From Epiperipatus broadwayi (lineage: Eukaryota; Animalia; Onychophora): DNA of 64,000 bases. The notes under the pieces are model-generated. The model was given only the letters and a program-made list of their open reading frames with translations, had not been told where the DNA came from and made no database searches. Positions 14,034 through 27,100 of this stretch are shown one piece after another. Where the stretch lies: contig JAQFVV010000007.1 of assembly GCA_028023455.1 (NCBI GenBank), positions 12,524,001 through 12,588,000 of the forward strand, written 5' to 3'. Numbering within the stretch: position 1 is the stretch's first letter; each line of letters starts with the position of its first letter. The translations under genes and the position numbers were made by a program.

Positions 14034-15542
14034 GTAAGAAGTATTACATATGATTTGAAAGATAATTTTGTGAGGAAATACAAATAAATTGCCAATGAAG
14101 ATGTAATTTAAACTTAGTTAATGATAAATTAGAAATTATGAACAAACAATAAAATAATAATTATGCCAGATGTTGAAATTTTTTCCCCTTATTTTTTAAT
14201 GGTAATCACTACTTATCTTAGCCTTATTGTTTTCCTTTGTTTATCTACTTTCTATCAATGTAAAGCTTTTTGCACTAACATTTTTAAAACTGAAGTTATT
14301 GTGAAAATTGTGTCTTAAGCCAGTTTTTTAAAAATTTAGTATGGTGTCAAGGGTAATAAAAAAGGTAGAATAGTTCAAATTGTAATCAGCTGCTTGTTTT
14401 GTGATCAATTATTGTAGTAAAATAAATTTGCTTATTGTTATTGTAAACATTTTTTGCAATTAGAATTGCAATACTCATCTAAAAAGGTAGAATAAAAATA
14501 GCCATACATTGCAAATAATAAAGAAAAGTTACTTATGTTTAGACTACAAAAGATAGGAAATATTAAATTGAAAAAAGGCATAAAATTTATACTATGAAAG
14601 CCAAATTTAAACAGTTGCTTTTTGAAAAATATAGACATTCTTTGGAGGAACTGAGATGGACATCTGTCTACTTAAACAAATTCTATGAATGTAAGGCATA
14701 ATAAAAGTTATAGTGGCATCACATACTGGTTGTAGCCTTGCAGATTAAATGTGTTTTTGCTAATATACTTTACATATTTCTTTTTAGAAAGTATATATGA
14801 ATGTTCATTATTTTATTAAGTAGTTCATGGATGAAATGATAAACAAATAATTTTATAAATGATTGAACTGCTCACTAATGCATATAACACATCAGGAGAA
14901 ACAAGTTGAGTTTTAATTTAATTTTTTTATATAAATGCCATATCTTTAGTGAAAAATATTAATATACTTCAATTTTAAAAAAAATATTTTGTATTAAAAT
15001 AAACATCTATGCATTTATATTCAGAACGTAATACTGATTGAGATTAAATAATGACAGAAATATATGGCTCAATCTGATATAGATGTGATATTGATATTAC
15101 ATACGTTTCTGCCTTTTATGTATAGATATGGTTTGCATAACAGATTTCAGATTCTATTTATTTATTAAGCTTTGGCTAAATGGTCATTCTTACCATTTAT
15201 TATATATATATATAATTTACTCCCTCATTGAAATTATGCAACTAAACTAAACATATATACAAACAAATGCCAATAGACTAGTAGAATTACCTGTGTTTTG
15301 AAGAGTTTATTTATATGATATAACTCATTGGGGAAGCTTTAGTTATTTCCTGTTCATTTAAATATAATCTGAGTTATTTATTATTTGCAGATATACACTG
15401 AGTTTTATTTTATGTATAGGTGTTGTAAATATAAGGGATTTGAACTTAGACTTTTAAGCACCTTTCAATTATCCCAACTATCTATGCTATCTCATATCAC
15501 TGATGCATGTGATCACATACATGTAGAAAAAAATCAATAATC

Positions 15543-15586
15543 ATCAATATACATATTTCATGCTGAACCAGCACTCATCAGTTAGT
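15543..15586 (-). ncRNA. Type I hammerhead ribozyme motif (stem I slightly decayed)
   Basis: Minus strand: ACTAA CTGATGA GTGCTG-GTT-CAGCAT GAAAT ATGT ATA TTGAT. Confidence 0.7.
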
Positions 15587-16031
15587 CCAGACTATCATCT
15601 CACACACACATATATATAATTAGTGCTCAGTTTCTATTAAGATAGCAAATCTTCATACTTTAATGAATAGGCTTCAATCTACTCCAAACTCCAACTCTTC
15701 AGCCATCCATACCATTGAAAATTTGATGATGGAAAGCCCAAATCCCATGCTGATGCCAATATCCTGCATCTTGCCCATTCACTATTCTATGTATTTAAAT
15801 GGATACAGTCCTGTACATGAAGTGTCAGAGTGACTTGAGGTCAACATGGGCATGACACCAATATTGGCATCAGCATGGGATTTGGGCTTTCCATCATCAG
15901 ATTTTCAATGGTATGGATGGCTGAAGAATTGAAGGTTGGACTAGATTGAAGCCTGTCCATGAAAGTATGAATATTTGCTATCTTAATATAAACTGAGCAT
16001 GATATTATGTGTGTGAGAGATGATAATCTTG

Positions 16032-16075
16032 ACCAACTGATGATTGCTGGTTCATCATGAAATATGTATATTGGT
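16032..16075 (+). ncRNA. Type I hammerhead ribozyme motif (stem II decayed)
   Basis: ACCAA CTGATGA TTGCTG-GTT-CATCAT GAAAT ATGT ATA TTGGT; stem I ACCAA/TTGGT is perfect. Confidence 0.7.
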
Positions 16076-16442
16076 AATTATTGATCTTTTCTACATGTGT
16101 GTGATCATGTGTAATCAGTGATATGAGATAGCATGGATAGTTGAAAGGTGTTTGAACATCTCAGTTCAAATCCCTATATTTTCAATTAGGCTCCAGGTAT
16201 ATGAAAAGTGTCTGTATTTCAAATAGTATAGGGGTTGTTTAACTTGATCCTCTAAATAGTTAAATGCTGATTCTTATCATTTATTTTATACATATATATA
16301 ATCAATAGATCAAATTCTCTCCCTCATTTAAAATTATGTAAATAAACTTATAAGAACAAATACAAAGAGACAGTTGGTATCAACTCTCTTTTGATGAGTT
16401 TATTTACATTATATATATATAATATTTTAATGTATGTTTACA

Positions 16443-16546
16443 TGGAAGTATTTGTGTGGAGTTATCTCTTTATACTTATTTAATTAGAAAGTAAAAAGCT
16501 TTCTAATTAAATAATTACATATAAATAACTCCACACAAATATTTCC

Positions 16547-16547
<1 letters not shown>
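16443..16547. repeat. Imperfect ~105-bp hairpin next to (TA)n tracts
   Basis: TGGAAGTATTTGTGTGGAGTTAT...TTATTTAATTAGAAAG pairs with CTTTCTAATTAAATAA...ATAACTCCACACAAATATTTCCA. Confidence 0.85.
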
Positions 16548-16585
<38 letters not shown>

Positions 16586-16745
16586 AAATACTATATATGC
16601 TTAGCATAAAATATATTTGTAAATTAAATGGAAACGGACATCCTCTAATATCTAAGAAGGTTTGTGTCATAAGAATGTTTGTTAACACATGAGAATAATC
16701 ATTTTTAAAATTGGGAAAATTGACTCCTTTCTTTAATTAGCACAA

Positions 16746-16822
<77 letters not shown>
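16746..16822. repeat. (CA)n(TA)n microsatellite
   Basis: Directly visible. Confidence 0.95.
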
Positions 16823-16824
<2 letters not shown>

Positions 16825-17109
16825 CTTGTAATAATTTGACTCATATAAATAAAATAAATTTAAATGGAAATTTACAGCAAGAATTTAAAGAGATGGCAGA
16901 AAATTATTTATTGAAATATATTCCTTATGATCTAAAATACAGTAAATAATTAATAATGGTATCAGTGTAATATACAATTTACCTTAAATTTCTTGATTTA
17001 TTATAAAAGTTCAATGGAAGTTGATATTTACCAGATAATACATATAAAATAACTGCAGAAAGTCTCTTAAATAAAAGCAATAAAACCACTACATAAGAAA
17101 TTAAAATTA

Positions 17110-17220
17110 GTCAAGCATTGGTGGTCGAGTGATTAGCACAGCTGTATTTACAAGCAGTTGCCCCGGGTTAGCGGGTTCACTTCCTGGCTGATGCTATGAC
17201 ACATGAAAAGTAAAAAAAAA
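17110..17220 (+). mobile_element. Short tRNA-Gly-derived SINE with A-tail and 15-bp TSD
   Basis: GCATTGGTGGTCGAGTGATTAGCACAGCTG...CAAGCAGTTGCCCCGGGTT...CTGGCTGATGC-TATGACAC followed by an A-rich tail. AAGAAATTAAAATTA is duplicated at 17095-17109 and 17221-17235. Confidence 0.85.
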
Positions 17221-17379
17221 AAGAAATTAAAATTACATATTTATTTGTTAAAAAAATTAAAGAAATGTAAAAATAATTTGTAAGAATTTAAAAAGCATTA
17301 ATAAATTTGGCAAATATAATTTAAAATTAGTAATAGCTGTGGTTATGGAGGGTATATAAAATATTACTAAAGAAAAATT

Positions 17380-18560
17380 TGACAATTTGATTCATATTTT
17401 TCATGAGATTTTCTAAATAAACATGATTCACACATACCATAAAAGTTATTGACATGTATTCTTCATTTCTTATAAAATCTTGCATTTGGCCTTAATGGAA
17501 GAATGTTCCAGTAGTATGTATATTGCCCCCTGCCATTGATTTGACAAAATATTTTAGTTGTTTGTGGCCAAATAAGAGTTTTTGTATTCAAATCAATGTT
17601 ATCCATGCATTCAGAAGTATTATTAACTATAAATCCTATTTCAATAAATCAAAATAGTGTCATGTGTCAAATTAACATTGTCAACTAATCTATTTAGCTT
17701 CATCAATCCTGTTTAATATTGATTGACTATCATCTTTAAATAAAATGAGTACATATGTCATTTATCAACTTAGGTCCTTGATTAAACTTATAAATTTTTT
17801 TTATCTAACTGAATAGGAAATTAATAGGTTCATTTTATCTAATCTTTTGCTTGGAATAAGGTTTTGTCTGAGAATTTTCACATATGTTGAACCAATTTAT
17901 AAAATTTATACAACTTTCCCATCAGGCTTGTGACAACCACATTACTAAGCATATTCAAGTTGGAAAATAGACCTGCTCTAAAATGTCAATCAAACTATGT
18001 TTGTATAAAATTAGAATAATGGGGAAAAACATTATTACTATTATACAATTAACAAGTGGTTTATTGTTCAGTGGTTTGTAAAAAGTTTGAGCATCAAATG
18101 TTTTGCAATCCAGGAATCATAGGCTCTAGACCTTACCACCTTACAACTGTTCCAACAATACTAGACATTAACATTACTGATCAAATGATCCAATTGATTT
18201 TCCATGGATCTACCAATTGAAGAGTTTAAGTCTACAATCTTTTTAGAGTGGTGCATGGAAGAAATTAATACTATAGCTTTATATATTTAGGGATACAATA
18301 TCACAGTATACATCTATTATGAAAACTATATAAAGTGTTCTTTTTTGTTCTTGATTTTGATGTCAGAAATGTTGTAGGAATTTGTTTTCATTCTTCAAAG
18401 TTTCCAAATAAGTTAGTTTCCTCTTTGGTAACTTTGTTGCCACTTCTATGGAGCTAAACCATATGTCTCCTGCTTTACTGACTCTTAAACAGTTATCTTT
18501 TAAATGCCTTTGGTTTTGTCAAATAGATATTGTCTGAATATAAATACCAGATTGTGAAGA
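17380..18560 (-). mobile_element. Highly decayed Penelope-like RT remnant
   Basis: Broken motifs HKPDGKV (cf. PKIHK.....RPI), YF.QING (cf. Y.Q..G.AMG) and HVNNF (cf. YVDDF) appear in the expected order. Confidence 0.4.
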
Positions 18561-19240
18561 AATATGATAAAAAAAATTATTGCAATTGAAACAGAAATAA
18601 CTGTTTTCACTGAGTTATGTGACATGAAAAACAATGAGAAGTCAGAATGAAACCACTCTTTCATGATATTTTTTAATTGTTACCTAAAACAAGTGCACAA
18701 ATCAATATTTGAAGAAATTGGTTTTTATTTTTTTCTTGAGGAATAAATAGTAGGGTGAATTTATTTACTTTGGTCACATTTTATAATTACTATAAATTAT
18801 TGGAAAGGTGCATAATATACACAACTCAAGATTTCATATTTAAGAAAAATTAGTTTTGTATGATGGTGAGATAACAATATTTACTTAATGTTATTTAATA
18901 ATGATGATTGATGATGATGATAATAATTGTATTGTTGAATTATATTTTTAATATGGCAAAATTGCTAAGTATAAAAAATGTTGGATTTATGATGTACACC
19001 AATGCATAGGTACAGTAACACTAGAAAGCTTGGGTTGAAGATGTTACAGTATTTTCATCTTCAGCTTCTAGATTTATAGTTAATTAAATAAATAAAAGGT
19101 GACTGTTGAAAAGTTGCATTAGATCCTTATATCCAGGTGCAGTGTTTTCAGATCCAAAGCTCCTCTGTAATGAAAGCCACCAGCTAGAAAATAGTCTGGG
19201 GATATTGGATGAGCAGACATAAATGAGTATTTTACGTAAA

Positions 19241-19303
19241 AACCTTCCTGCATCCATTGATTACTAAGGCTTGCACTGGGTGACACTACTGTATGGAGAG
19301 TTT
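19241..19303 (-). mobile_element. Partial copy of the MITE-like element at 60699-60856
   Basis: GCATCCATTGATTACT..GGCTTGCACTG.GTG.CACTACTGT.TGGAGAGTTT matches the reverse complement of the 60.7-kb element. Confidence 0.75.
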
Positions 19304-19599
19304 GTGATTGTTAATAACAGCATAGGAAATGATGATCATGTAATGTTTTGTTAGATAGTTATATATGAAATTATTACTACTAGAAGATTCATATAACATT
19401 ACTTATTATACCAAATGCCTTTATTTTATAAACATAGGCGATATTATGCTATTGGAATCTTTTATTGCTTGAGTGAGTTTTATTCGTTTTGTATAAATTA
19501 AAAAATTGCATTTTGAATTTGTTTGCAAATTAAATGCTCAAATAAATTTATTTTAAATACAAATAAATCTTCATTAATACTAAAGCTCTGTTTCCATAG

Positions 19600-21280
19600 T
19601 TTCGTGGATATGCTATTTTTTTAGATTTAGAGAAAAAATCTTTTACTTTCTCGTTATAAAGTCAAACTCAGCTAAGATGTGATTTAAAAAACCCAGAAAA
19701 CTCACTGTAGTTAGGTTTATTAATTTACTAAATGATATTTTTTTCCTAAACTTTGGTTGGAAATGTGGGTACAAATTTGTTTATTTATTGCAAAACATGA
19801 ACATTTTTCTTCTACAATATATAATTTTGGACAATAGATATTGTCGTTTATGATATCTTTCCAGTAATCAAGTAGTAAATTTATTGATATATGATTCTGC
19901 AAATTTCAAATTGTTCATATATATAGATACAAAAAAAAGAACTAAAGAGGGGGGGGGTATTATTGGATTAAGTAAATTTGCTTTGATACAATATAACGCT
20001 CTACATATGAAATATTCATCTTTAGAAACATATATATATATATCTGTGTGTAATGTATCAATATTAATATCAACAGAATGATTTTTATAATATTATTTCC
20101 GGGTGATCAATGAAGTGAATCATTGTTTTAAGGTCAAATCACTTTCTTTTAATGAAATGTTTTATTTTATTCCAACGGTGATAATTTTGCTTAGGATAAA
20201 AAAAAAATAGGTATATAAATCTTTTCTTTAAAGCAAATATGACTTATTTATATTTGAAGAATCTGAATGTAAAACAATTTATCTTATTGGCTTTCTAACT
20301 CTCTTTCCTACAAGGTAATTTGATTCTTTCCTGATAGGAAGTAAAATGATTAGGACATACAAATTGTCCAAATTCTTCCATCGTTTTCCTGGGAAGGAGG
20401 CTTTTTTGCATTAGTGTAAATCGGTTTCTCAACCAAGTTCACTATCAATCTTCAAATGCTTTATAGCAATAGCTTGTTCTACCTGACATATGGAAATGAT
20501 CTTGAACGATAAGAATATTACTTACTATCCTTCTACTTTTGGACATTAGTTTAAATTTAATAATAACAAGATTATTGGCCCTGCATTAATTAATGTATAG
20601 AAAGTAGTTCTAAACCCTTTCTTTATATGACAGTTCTACAAGCGATAATCCAATATATATTATGAGAACGGGCTAACTTGGTCTAGAAGGAAATGAGAAA
20701 CTTGCCATGAGTAGATTGGGGAGAAAAAAAATCAGCATTTTTGATAGATTAATGTCAAGTGTCTTGGTAGACTTTATTGAATAATGCATTTTGTGAGAAA
20801 TAGTTTTAAAACGTCTATAATAATACTTTTTTTTTCATATCTTAATTACATATATGCTGGTTGCTGTCGTTAAAATTTTTAAAAATGGATGTGATATCAA
20901 AAAAAGGGTATTTTTTATTTTATAAAATTTTTATAAATATATTCGCGTAGGGAAAGGCGCGTGTGTGTATGTATATATGTGTTTGATTGTTAGATTTTTT
21001 TACTGATAGATTCTTACAATATTTATGACAAATAAAGTTGCATCTGTTTGAATTAAAACAATTCAAATTATTAGCCCACATCAATTTAAGGACCAGAGTT
21101 TACATTTGTAAAACTGTTTATTACTTAAAGATTGATAACCGTAAATATAATTACTATACTCACAATAGATAAAAAAAAAAACTTGCTAAAAGTAACTATT
21201 GTTAAAATCACTATTTTGGGAATACTATGAAGACAATATATATATAAAGTAATATATCTTTATTATACGTCGATGAAATA
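19600..21280. promoter_or_regulatory. CpG-retaining island (candidate unmethylated regulatory region)
   Basis: About 20 CpGs counted by eye in 1.7 kb, against about 5 in 5000-9000. It includes TTCGCGTAGGGAAAGGCGCGTGTG at 20943. Confidence 0.45.
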
Positions 21281-21379
21281 TTAATTTGGAGGCTTAATAA
21301 AAAAAATAAAAAGTGCATGATAGATAGTAAACTTATTCACAGAGAAACTAATTTTGAATACTTTACAACATATTAATTT

Positions 21380-21940
21380 GAAAACAAAAAGAAAAGAAAA
21401 AAACCAAAGAGAGAGAAAAAGAGAAAAAAAGAAAGAAAGAGAGAAAGAATGATAGAAAAAAGTATGATGTAAAGAGAGAAACAATGAAGAAAGAAAGAAA
21501 GGAAAGAAGGAGAGAAAAAAGTAAAAAAAGAGAGATGAAAGAATGAAGGAAAGAGAGAAAGAAATATAAACAAGAAAGAGAAAAAAAGGAAGGAATGAAG
21601 AAAAGAAGAGAAAGAAAAAAGAAAAAGAGAGAAATAAGGAAGAAAGGGAAAAAAGAGAGAAAAGGGAAAGAAGAAAAAAAGAGAGAAAAAGAGATAGAAA
21701 TAATGAAAGAAAGAGAGAGAGAAAAAGAAAGAAAAGAGTGAGAAAAAGAGAAGAAGAAAAGGAAAGAGAGAAAGAAAAAAGGAACAAAGAGAGATAGAAA
21801 GTAAAAATGAAGGAAAGAGAGAGAGAAAGAGAGAGAAAATGAAAAAGATAAAAAAAGAAAAAGAAAGGAAGGCAGAAAGAGAGAAAGATTGATAGAAAGA
21901 AAGAATGAAGGATAGAAAGTAAGAAAAAATAGAGAAATAA
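21380..21940. repeat. Purine-rich (GA/GAAA) low-complexity tract
   Basis: Almost entirely A/G on the plus strand; it is the source of the spurious F/S/L-rich ORFs. Confidence 0.95.
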
Positions 21941-22311
21941 ACAAACTTAATCACAGAGCAAGCAACTTTGAATACTTTATTATGAATAATTCTCAAGTTA
22001 GATTCAGAAAGAAACAATTTGTAAGGAATTTGCAAATATCTATTTTTTATTAATGTCAATTCATTAGTCAAACAAATAATGGGGTCAGATAAAAGTTCAA
22101 GTTTATTAAAAAAAAAAAATCTTTAAAAATCTGAATTGAGAATTATAATAATAATATATTTCAACTTAATCTTCATGATAAGCATATATTCTCAGCATAA
22201 TCATAATTTGTTTAAGGGTTTATTAAAATTATTATAATGATGGATTATGAGGAAGTTTCTAAATTGAAATTGAAATATAGTAATGAAAGGTAATTCTGAA
22301 GACAAACATTT

Positions 22312-22409
22312 TTTTTAAGTGTCATAGCATCGGCCGGGACGCGAACCCGCAACCCAGGCATATGCCTGCAAGTGCAAGGCAGTCACGCTGACCTCTCGAC
22401 CACCAATAC
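22312..22409 (-). mobile_element. Short tRNA-Gly-derived SINE, young copy, 13-bp TSD
   Basis: Minus strand GTATTGGTGGTCGAGAGGTCAGC...GGGTTCGCGTCCCGGCCGATGC-TATGACAC-TTAAAAAAAA. AAGACAAACATTT is at 22299-22311 and 22410-22422. Many CpGs are intact. Confidence 0.9.
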
Positions 22410-22994
22410 AAGACAAACATTTGTAGATCTTTTTTTTTAAAAAAAATGATAATCTAGACTATCACTTGTTAGTAATTTCTATTAATATAAGGAGTCATTT
22501 CTAATCAGATATCTCTACAACCTATAAATTAACATGGTTCAGGGAATTTTATTCTAAAACCTTTACCTCTGTAAGTTTAAAAGTGACAAAAATCGGGGGG
22601 GGGAGCTAGCCTGCATGTCCCAGAAATAGACACAACAGTTAAGAACATGCATGCATAAGATTTTAATATGTCCCCTAATAGCCTAATTAAGTGATTATGC
22701 AGTTTATCAAAGTGATGTAATGTCAGACTAGGAATGTATAGTTCTTGGATTAATACTAGTTCCTTCACTTTCAGAAATCACATTTCTTAAGAACTGCTAG
22801 ACAAGCCATTAATTACTTTTATATTCTAAATAATTATAAACTTTTACCATCATGAATATAAATGAAATAATGTGGAAATATTAAAAAAAAAAATAGAAGT
22901 TATATGTAAACTAGGTGTGAGTAAATGTAGAATGAGACCACCCACACTGTAGCTTTGATTGTATATAAACTCACCTTTTATTGATATAGATAAA

Positions 22995-23310
22995 TACATG
23001 CAATTTCTACTGACTGTTGCTTTTGGCAGGATGGCTCAGTTGGTTAGAGTATTACCTTAAAATTCAATACTCATGAATCTAAGGGTCCAGGCTCAAATCC
23101 TATTCTCATACTGTCACTGGTCAGGTCAGCAACCCCTCAAAAAGAGAGAAGAATAATACCTCTCTAAACATGGTGCATATACTAACATGTTTGCTGTGCT
23201 ATTATTAACAGTTGAATGTATTTTGAATATTTAAATAAAAGTTAAATTTGTTTAAAGACATTCAATACTCCTATTAGATGATGGAAATAGTTCAATATAA
23301 AAATACAACT
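22995..23310 (+). mobile_element. Isolated PLE terminal repeat (pLTR) with a tRNA-Lys-like A/B-box module and a decayed hammerhead
   Basis: A-box TGGCTCAGTTGG (23032-43) and AATCTAAGGGTCCAGGCTCAAATCC (to 23100; cf. tRNA-Lys-UUU AATCTGAGGGTCCAGGGTTCAAGTCC). Homologous to 30895-31230, 32282-32510 and 34880-35205. Confidence 0.8.
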
Positions 23311-24154
23311 TACAAGGACAGTGTGGTTTATATATACTAGCATAATTTCAAGACAATTATAAGCTGTTCACCTATATTCAAGCTGGTAAATGGTTCTGTT
23401 TACATCTATTAACTGAATATTAATTTAATATTTAGAGAATGCTAAATATAAGGCCCCGCTTTTCCCTCCTGTTTAGTTACAGTGATCTCAGAATAGCTTA
23501 TAGTTGTCTTAAAATTTAGTTAGTATATATAAATCATGCTTTGTGGGTATGTATGTCAGTAAATGGTATGCTTATATATAATCAAAGCTAGAGTATAAGT
23601 GGGCTTATGCTATATTTAACCTTTATTGACAATTAGTTTATATATAATTTGCTGGGGTTTTCAGTACATTTGTATTTTGCATACTAGTTAATAACAACAA
23701 ATATAAAATATATATTATGATATTCTCAAAGTTTATAATAAAAACTTAAACACAAATATCTGAATCTAAATTATAAAAGACTTAATTCTGAAGTCGTATA
23801 TATTGGAATCTTATAAAAGAGTTTCCAAAAATTTTCATGTTATAGTATTCTTTGTCTATGAGGAGAAATACAAGTTATATTTTTCCTAGTTAAATATCCT
23901 TAATTGTTTCTTAAAATGTAACTTTTTTCCTTTAATATATATTTAATTGCAGCAGAGCGAGTCTATTGTTAAATAGATAATTATTTATACTGTTTTAGAA
24001 TACTATTTTTTTTTTTGCTACAAATGCTCTTTTTTTTTTTTTAAAGAATATAGTCTTTATTTTATATAAAGTGTTACAAATGAATTTCTCTAGACAACAA
24101 AAAAAATCTAGTATAAATTTACATTTTTACTAATAACTTCCTGAATTTCTTGTA

Positions 24155-27100
24155 CTAAGAACCAGTCCATGTGGATAGGTAGATTTCTTTGGGTGCAAGA
24201 AGCTTATCTTTTTTTCGAATAGAATTAAATGTATCTCTAATAAAAAGTTGTGAGTCCAATGGAGAATTGGTTATAATTATATGACATCTAAGTAACCATA
24301 TTACGTGGTTAATAAACATGCATCTTCTGATATTGCAGAAATTACCCATTTTAATATTATGAATGATATCAAAGAGTTTTGGATTGTGATTATTGAAATA
24401 ATTTTGAATTATATATTTTGCTTCTCTTAGTCCCGAGCAAGAAACAAGAATATGATCAAATGTTTCACTATCTTTTTTACACAAAATACATAAGGAATCA
24501 ATCCTTTTAAATCCTCTATTTGAAAGAAGGAAATCGTTGGTAGGAAGTGAAGATAGATTTATTTTAATGATAAAATCAATATATTTAGGCATTAAATACC
24601 ATTTTCTCATTTTATTAAAAAGATTGATATTAGTCACTTCAAGATAACTAGGAGGGCATATCAGCTGAGGGTTTATCATTTTAAACGTGTCCCAATATGT
24701 GTGCTTATTATTAAAAAGAATTTCATTTAAATCCATTTGTTTATCAATAAGTGAGATGAGAAGTTGTAGCCATTTTTTTTTAATATTCGGGGGAGGCGTA
24801 TCTGTGGGAATGATTGTGTCAATAATGTTTTGGTAATTAAATTCAATCTTGATGTAGTAGAATAAATTAACTATATTTTTAATTAATAATGTATTAATTG
24901 AATGTAAACCTCGGCCATTAAGTATTTTTGGATTTTGCATTTTACGTATACTGATACAGAACACTTTTTTTTTCCCAAAGGGGGCCAGAGCACAATGAGT
25001 TAATTTGCGAAGTAAATTTTTTAGTAGGGTTTAAAATCGGTAAATAATAATTAATTCTGCTGAAAACAAGAGAATTTAGTAAGAGAACTTTATCATATAA
25101 AGATAAGTAAATGCTTTTTAGAGAATCTATTATTTTTTTTGTTGATATAATCAGTTTGTCTTGTAACATTTTTCTCATTTTGTTTGGTGAAAGGTACAGT
25201 GGTATACCTAAAAAAGGTTGAGGTTTTGATGAGAAACATGCAGGGACATTTTCTCCTGAATGAAGTTTCCAAACTGCAGATTTCTCTAGATTAAAATTTA
25301 ATTTGTATTCCGATGAAAACTTTTTAAGGATTTTTTCAAGTTCTGGTAGGTGTTTAGCTGATGGCAGCATTACAACAATATCATCCATATATGCAAGATG
25401 TTTAATTTCTTTGTTTAGAAAAGGAACAAAAACTCCAGGAAGTTTAGTTTCCATTTCTATGAGAAGGGGGTTAATATAAGCAATGAATAAAAGTGCACTC
25501 AAGGGTGAGCCCTGAGGAATAGAAATTGATGGTTTAAAGCCAGGTGCAATTCTACCATTGAGTGTAATGAAAATTTCTCTATTAAATAGAAGATTCTCTA
25601 TCATAATAAGATAGATGGAGGGAATTCCATATTGTTGTAGTGTTTTCATTAATATTTCAATTCTTACTGAATCAAATGCTGCTATAATATCTAGTTGTAC
25701 AGCTATTGGCTTTGATTTTCTCTTAATTCTAATGTATTCTGTTAAAATTTTGAAAAAGCAAATTGCATGCATTGTGGATGAACCTTTCTTTGCATATTGA
25801 GTAGAATAAATATTATCTAAAATGTTTTGTTGAATCTTGTCTTTAATCAGCCCTTCTATGATTTTAATAAGAAGAGGAGTCATAGAGATAGGTCTTATAT
25901 TTGATGTAATAGAGGGAAGACCTTTCTTTTTTAAAAAAGGCACCAATGAAATAGGGTAGAGGCCAGGTATGTCTTGACAACTTGAGGCTATGACATCAAT
26001 GACACCTTTTATAATTGGAACAGTAAAGTGAGCCAAATGAGATAGTACAAATTTTGGGAGACCATAAGAGCCAGGATGTGTTTTTTCAGGAAGTGAATTT
26101 AATTTGTTTAAAATTAATTGCTCAGTTATTTCATGATCATTTTTTTGACTATTGTTAAATATGGTTCTAATTTGATTGCTGGATGTTGTACAAAGTTTAT
26201 TGAAGAAGAAATTCCTAATAATCATTAGCATTGAAGAACCAGCATAGTTGGCTCCATTGTCTAAAATGGATAAAGGTGTAATAAGTTTTGGTTTTGATCC
26301 TAATGCCCAACAAATATAACTTTTAGTCCAGGCATGTATACTGGCTAGAAAAACTTTAGATCTCTTAATAGAAATATTTTCAGCTAGTGCCCTTTGTAAT
26401 TCTTTATATTTAATTTTAATTTGAAGTATTTTATTAATATTAAGTGTCTTAGAGGGCATTGAATTCATTATGGCAGACAGAGAATCCATTTCTTTTAGCA
26501 TTTTACATGGTCCATTTTGTTTTCTACAAAAATAATTGGTTATGGCTCTTAGAATTTCAGTAAAAGTAAACCAGGCATCAATCGGTGGCCAAGATAGGAT
26601 ATTTGCCTTGTGAAAATAAATGTAGGCTTCAGAAAAGACAGCCTCGGGTGTTGTAAATTTATTAATTAGTCTTGATGTTCTTGGAAGACCATCAATAATA
26701 TTAATTGGCCCATTTATGCAAAGCAAAATTTTTAAAGCTAGGTGATCAGAGAAAAAAACATGTTTTAGAGATGTTTCAATCTTGAAATGTATGTCAGGAG
26801 AGTAATAAATCAAATCTATAAGTGAAAAATACTGTTTTGTGTAGAAAGAATAAGCATTATTATTAAAGAAACCTTGAGCTGACATGAGACCATAATTTAT
26901 TAAATGTAAATATTTTCTGTCAAATGTGTGATAAGGAAGATTAAAATCGCCCAATAGAATAGTTGATGCTGAACTATGATAAAGAGCCAAGTTAATTATA
27001 TTTATTACTTTATAAATCGTATTACTATTATTTTGTAGATAGAGATATATTACATTTAGATTTGTCTGACCAAATACAAAATTAACTATTATAACATTTG

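Larger units (their letters stand above)
15428..16180. mobile_element. Large foldback of a hammerhead-bearing non-coding repeat (arms ~15428-15762 and 15861-16180, 98-bp spacer)
   Basis: The arms are reverse complements, and 15725-15762 vs 15861-15898 is a perfect 38-bp match. Each arm contains a hammerhead core. Related non-inverted copies lie at ~38975-39340 and ~39637-39790. Confidence 0.85.

Noticed and set aside
17110-17220. Functional tRNA genes at 17.1, 22.3, 23.0, 34.9, 43.1 and 60.2 kb
   Set aside because: Arms are disrupted or expanded, and several have A-tails/TSDs or lie inside a PLE repeat; they are derived, not functional tRNAs.
20430-20580. Minus-strand mini-gene (MSKSRRI, 43-nt intron, VEQAIAIKHLKIDSELG*)
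   Set aside because: The intron is very short, the peptide is tiny and no homology was recognised.
21281-22071. Three long F/S/L-rich minus-strand ORFs
   Set aside because: They are translations of the purine-rich low-complexity tract and carry no real protein signal.
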